DNA from: Cyanophora paradoxa CCMP329
Lineage: Eukaryota > Plantae > Glaucophyta
Length of the DNA: 53,758 bases
NCBI GenBank assembly: GCA_004431415.1
Contig: QPMI01000028.1
Location: 1-53,758, forward strand
Direction: 5' to 3'
Shown here: positions 49,401-53,758 of the stretch, piece after piece
Layout: the number at the start of each line of letters is the position of its first letter
Numbering within the stretch: the first letter of the stretch is position 1
Made by a program: the position numbers and the translations under genes
Notes under the pieces: model-generated
Seen by the model: only the letters and a program-made list of their open reading frames with translations
Told to the model about the DNA's origin: nothing
The model's database searches: none

Positions 49401-52400
49401 AGGCGGTCGGGTCGCCCGCCACCGCCCGCGGCAGCGCCCGCGGCACCCGCAGCACCAAGTCTGAGGGCCGGAAGGGGGCGCCGCCGTCAGATCGGAGCGG
49501 ATCGGATTGCATCAGATATCGATCAGAGACGCACTGACGCCCCGCGCGCGCGTCGACTGGCTCACGATGCCCACCGTCTCTGCGGGGCGCGCCGGCGCGG
49601 TCAGCTGAACAAATCCTCGCTGAAGATTGCGCAAGGGAATGCTAGCTGTGCGGCCCTCGAGTAGTTCCCAAGCTATTGTTTCTGGACCTCGGGCGGGGCG
49701 GGGCGGGGGGGGAGGGGGGGGGGGTACCCTCGAGGAGTGTGACGACGTCGAAGGGGGCCGCCTCGCCGCGCGCCCCCTCCTCCCCCGCCGCGCCGGGCCC
49801 CTCCTCCAGCTTCGAGTAGAGCAGGATCTGCGAGCGGGGCGGGGGCGGGGGCGGCGGTCGGCCCCGGCCAAAGCGTGCGCGAGCTAGGCGGCGCGTGTCG
49901 GGTGAGGCGGCGGAGGAGAGCCAATCGAATCTCTTTGTGCTGGAGCGCAGCGCGGCGGGGTGGGCCGGGGCGGCCCGGGGCGGAAGCCGCGGCCTAGAGC
50001 CTCTAAACCTAGCGAGGGCCGGGCGACGCAGAGCAAAGCAAGGAGGCCGAGCTAACTATAGAGGCGTAGGCTCGGAGCGGGGGTGGCGGGGCGGGGCGGG
50101 GTGGGTGCGGGGGCGGACGTCGTTCATAGGAGACCGGAGCCAGGCGGAAGAGAGCTATAAATAACCTCTTGGGGCGGGGGCGGGGGCGGGGGGGGGGGGG
50201 GGCGGAGCGGGTCGGACGTCGTTCATGAGGGCGAGGAGGATGCCGGCCGAGGAGCCGATCCCCTCCGCGTACTCCCCCTGCTCGGGCGAGAGCCCCGTCT
50301 CCACCAGCACTGCAGCGGGGGGTGAGGGGTGAGGGGGGAGAGAGGGAGGGGGGAGGGGGGGGAGGGGGCGCACGCTGGTGGTTCCCGATGACGCCGTTGC
50401 TGCGCGCGCGGGCGGGCGGGCGGGCGGCTCGGTGGGTGAAGCGGGCCGCGAGGGGCGGGAGCGGGGGCGGGGGCGGGGGGCGGGGGCGGCGCTCACAGGG
50501 GCGTCCGCAGGTCGCTGGGCGGCGAGGGCGCCGCGGCGCGCGCGCGGCTCAGCGCCGGGCCGAATCAAAGCGGAGGAGGAGGCGAAGGCGGGGCGGGGGC
50601 GCACTGCGTGATCATCGCAAACCTGAGCGGCTCAAGTCAGAGCCCCGCGCGCTCAGAGAGAGCAGGGCGCCGGGCGGGACTTCCGCCTGGACGGGCCCGG
50701 GGGCGCACCACCTGCGCTGGATGCGGCGGAGCTGCTCCTCGGCGCGCACCCGCGCCGACACGTCCCGCGCGAACACCACGAAGGCCTGCAGAGAGGGGGG
50801 GGGGGGGGGGGGGGGGGGCGGTGGGCTCCAGGGAGGGGGGGGGGGGGGGGGGGATGCTGGATGTGGGAGACCTTTTGGGGGCCCCAGGCGCGCCGCCGCT
50901 TGTGGCTCCCCGCCATTCTGGCGGCGCCTGTTGAGGACGAAGAGCGGGAAGAGAGCGGGGGAGGAAAGCGCACCCCGGGCCGGGCTTGACCTCCCCCTCG
51001 AACGGCGTGATGCACACCTGCGCATACCCCCCGACCCCGGCCGTCGCCGGCACCCCCGCGCGAATCCCGTACCCCCGCACCTCGACCTCGGCGCGCGCGC
51101 CCTCCCGCAGCGCGAAGCCGTTCCAGACCTGCGCGGGTTCGAATCCGACGGGGGTCTTTTATCACTTATTACAGCCTTTCCGGTTTCGACCCCGCACCTT
51201 GCCGATGACCGCCTCCCCACGGAGCCGCGGGTCTTTGATCAGCGCCGTGAAGGGCGTCTGGGGGGTACGCGCGACGTCGGCGCGGCTTTTGCTAAGGGGG
51301 GTACGTGAGCAGGGCGCACGGGGGGCGCAGGCGGCCTGTCCGCTTCTTCCGGGTCCCCCTCGCCGGGCTCCTGGGGGTACAAAGTAAGACAGGGAACCGT
51401 CTTTTCGGTGTCGAAGCCGCGCGCGCCTGCGGCCCCGAGAGAAGCAGCATGTCCTGAATGGCCTGCGGGGGGAGAGCCTCGCGATCGGGAGGGGTACCGA
51501 GGCGCGCGGGGCGTGCGGGGGGTACGGACCCTTCCGCGCAGCTCGGGGGCCTCGCGGCCCCAGAGGCGCTGGGAGGCCCCGTTTGCCTCCACGACCTTTC
51601 CGCGAGGGCGAGGGCGGGCGAGCAATAAGCTTTAGGAAGGGACGCCAGGGGGGAGCGAGGGGGAGGGGGGTACCCTGAGCTCGGGGTCGAGGATGAGGAT
51701 GGCGTCGTGCGCGTCCGCTGGCGCGCGCCCCGTGAGACGAGGAGAGAACAGAGAAGGAGAGAAGGGGGGGAGGAAGGGAGGGGGGGTACCGAGGACGGCG
51801 TGGGCCTCGGCGGAGCTGCGGCGCGAGCTCTCGTACAGCCGCGCGTTCACGATCTGAGGGGGGAGGCGAGGGGAGAGGGGGAGAGGGGGGAGGGGAGGCG
51901 TGAGCTGTCAGGGGAGAGGGGAGAGGGGGAGCATCATGGCCGCGCCGAGGTGGCGAGCTGCGCGGAGAGGAAGCCCAGCGTCTGCGCGCGGGGGCTCAGT
52001 CAGAGGGCGCAGCGAGGAGGAGGAGGGGGAAGGGGGCGCGCCTCGAGGCAGGAGGGGGTGAATGCGCCGGAGAGGAGGCGGTTCTCGAGGTAGACGGCCC
52101 CCACCACCCGCCCCTGCGCGCATTCACATTCAGGAGGAGGAGGAGGGAAGAGCCTGTGAGATCGAATCTCCGGATCGAATCTCGCGCCTGGTGGAGGATG
52201 GGGATGGCGAGGATGGCGCGGACGCCGTTGCCGGCCACGTACGCGTCCTCGTGCACCGCCAGCGGCCCGCACCCCGCCTGCCCCCCGCCCGGGGCCCAGT
52301 GAGTGAGGGGGCGGCCGGCCCACCATACGAAGGCCGCATGGGCCGGCTGACCTTGGAGGCCGCGTCCTGGAGGAGGGCCACCCTCTCCGTCGCGATGCAC

Positions 52401-53758
52401 CTGTACCCCCCCGCCCGCTTCAAGGCCGGGGGGGGGAAGAGAGGGGAGGGGGGGGGGCAGAGGGGGCGGGGGGGGGGGGGGGGGGGGGGACCGCACCACT
52501 CGACGGCCCGCACGCAGAGGCTCCCGCTGCACTCCGCAAGCGGCACGCCCTGCGGGGGGTACGGGATCGCAGGGGAAGGGGGGGGGGGTTACGGGGGCGA
52601 ACCTGGAGGACCTCTGCGCGGCAGGAGATGGAGGAGCCGCAGCGGCCGGAGGCGGGCCTACCCCCCCGCTGCTGGACGGGGGTGGGGGACTGCGCCCCGT
52701 CCAGAACCTCCCCGTACCCCTCGATCTGGGGCGGACGGGGGGAGAAGTGACCTCAGATCGGATGAAATCGCCTCAGATCGGACGGAGGCGCACCAGGAAC
52801 TCGGCGGGGGCGTCGGGGCGCGCGTCCGGCTCCCGCTCGCTCTCCAGCACCTGCATTTACGTACCCCCCTCGGAACCGGGTACCCCCACTCGAGGGACCC
52901 GGCCGGCGCGGCGCACCAGGAAGCAGCGCTGCGCGCCCGCGATCTCCAGGACGACCTGGGGTTACGGAATTGAGAGAGCGCAGGGGTACAGGGTCGGGAT
53001 GAATTCCGGGGGGTACCATGAGGAGGCGCTCGAGGAGGGCGGGGAGGGACAGCTCGCGGGCGATGCACTGCGTCGCGTGCACCAGCGTCTCCCTGGAGGA
53101 GGTACCGCGTTTACTCTCGGAAGGAGGGGGGCAGGGGGAGGAGAGCTCACCAGTCTAGGCTGGAGAGGGGCCGGGGGCCGGGGGAGGGGCGGCCGTCCGT
53201 GGCGGGGGACGGCGACGGCTCCCGCGGGGTGTCGAGGGACGTCTTCCGCTTGGGGGGCACGGACACGATGATGGGGGGCAGGAGCGGGGGGGAGGGCGGC
53301 CGGGCCGCGGGGGACGGGGCGGCGCTGTCGGGCAGGTGGGCGGCCAGGGCGCCCGCCCGCGCCAGCGCCCTGCGTTCCATTTACGAGGGGTAATGACGAC
53401 GAATCGGGAGCGGCGCGTACCCCCAAGCGGTGTAGAGGTCGACAGCGAGTCTGAGGTATCCCCGGCCAGAGAGGAGGGCCCCCGCGCCCAGTGCGAGGCC
53501 GGCCGCCCGCTCCGCCGCCAGGCAGCTGCCGGGGCGAGTCAAGAGCAAATGACAGCTGAGGCAATCATAAGCTGGGCAGCTAGATGCAAGCGGGATGCTC
53601 TTCGGTCAGTAACGCAGAGGCTCGAGCGCACGCGAGGAGGTGGGAGGAGGAGGCGCGGGCGGCGTCGCAGGCGGCCTCGTAGAGGGCGAGGGCCTCCAGG
53701 CCGGCGCCCCGCGCCCGCGCCAGCTCCCCCTCCAGCAGCAGCAGCCTGCCCGCGTGTT
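46491..53758 (-). CDS. Multi-exon hybrid histidine kinase (helical/TPR-like, GAF, PAS, HisKA, HATPase, REC), 5' part outside the window
   Basis: [55 protein letters not shown]. Spliced H-box THDLRTPLNGVIG. G2 box [59 protein letters not shown]. Confidence 0.88.

Noticed and set aside
34500-53758. Many overlapping R/G/P/A-rich ORFs on both strands
   Set aside because: They are artefacts of very high GC and intron read-through. The real coding signal is the spliced minus-strand genes.
15500-53758. Host assignment (GC-rich, intron-dense protist such as a glaucophyte)
   Set aside because: The style is suggestive only, and no marker gene is present in the window.

Overview
This window is eukaryotic, probably a protist, and has two parts. 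Positions 1-15138 hold an AT-richer, intron-less endogenous Polinton/Maverick-like virus whose left end lies outside the window. It encodes an rve integrase, a group-2 protein-primed DNA polymerase B (pPolB) whose proofreading exonuclease appears dead, a Prim-Pol/Zn/D5 (SF3) primase-helicase, an A32-type packaging ATPase, an NCLDV-like double jelly-roll major capsid protein (MCP) and two divergent penton genes. It also carries three copies of an iteron-bearing palindrome, subterminal tandem repeats and a canonical ACTACT right terminus. The replication and integration genes are frameshifted, while the capsid module is intact. From about 15.5 kb to the end is GC-rich, intron-dense host DNA with three large minus-strand genes. 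The first is a polycystin-1-like surface receptor (signal peptide-REJ-GAIN/GPS-single TM) with four apparently cytoplasmic FN3-like repeats. The second is a multi-TM TmcB/C-like PAS adenylyl cyclase. The third is the 3' part of a GAF-PAS hybrid histidine kinase. A repeat-rich spacer between the first two genes contains a hAT-type MITE. All calls come from motif recognition by eye, and host exon boundaries are only partly resolved.
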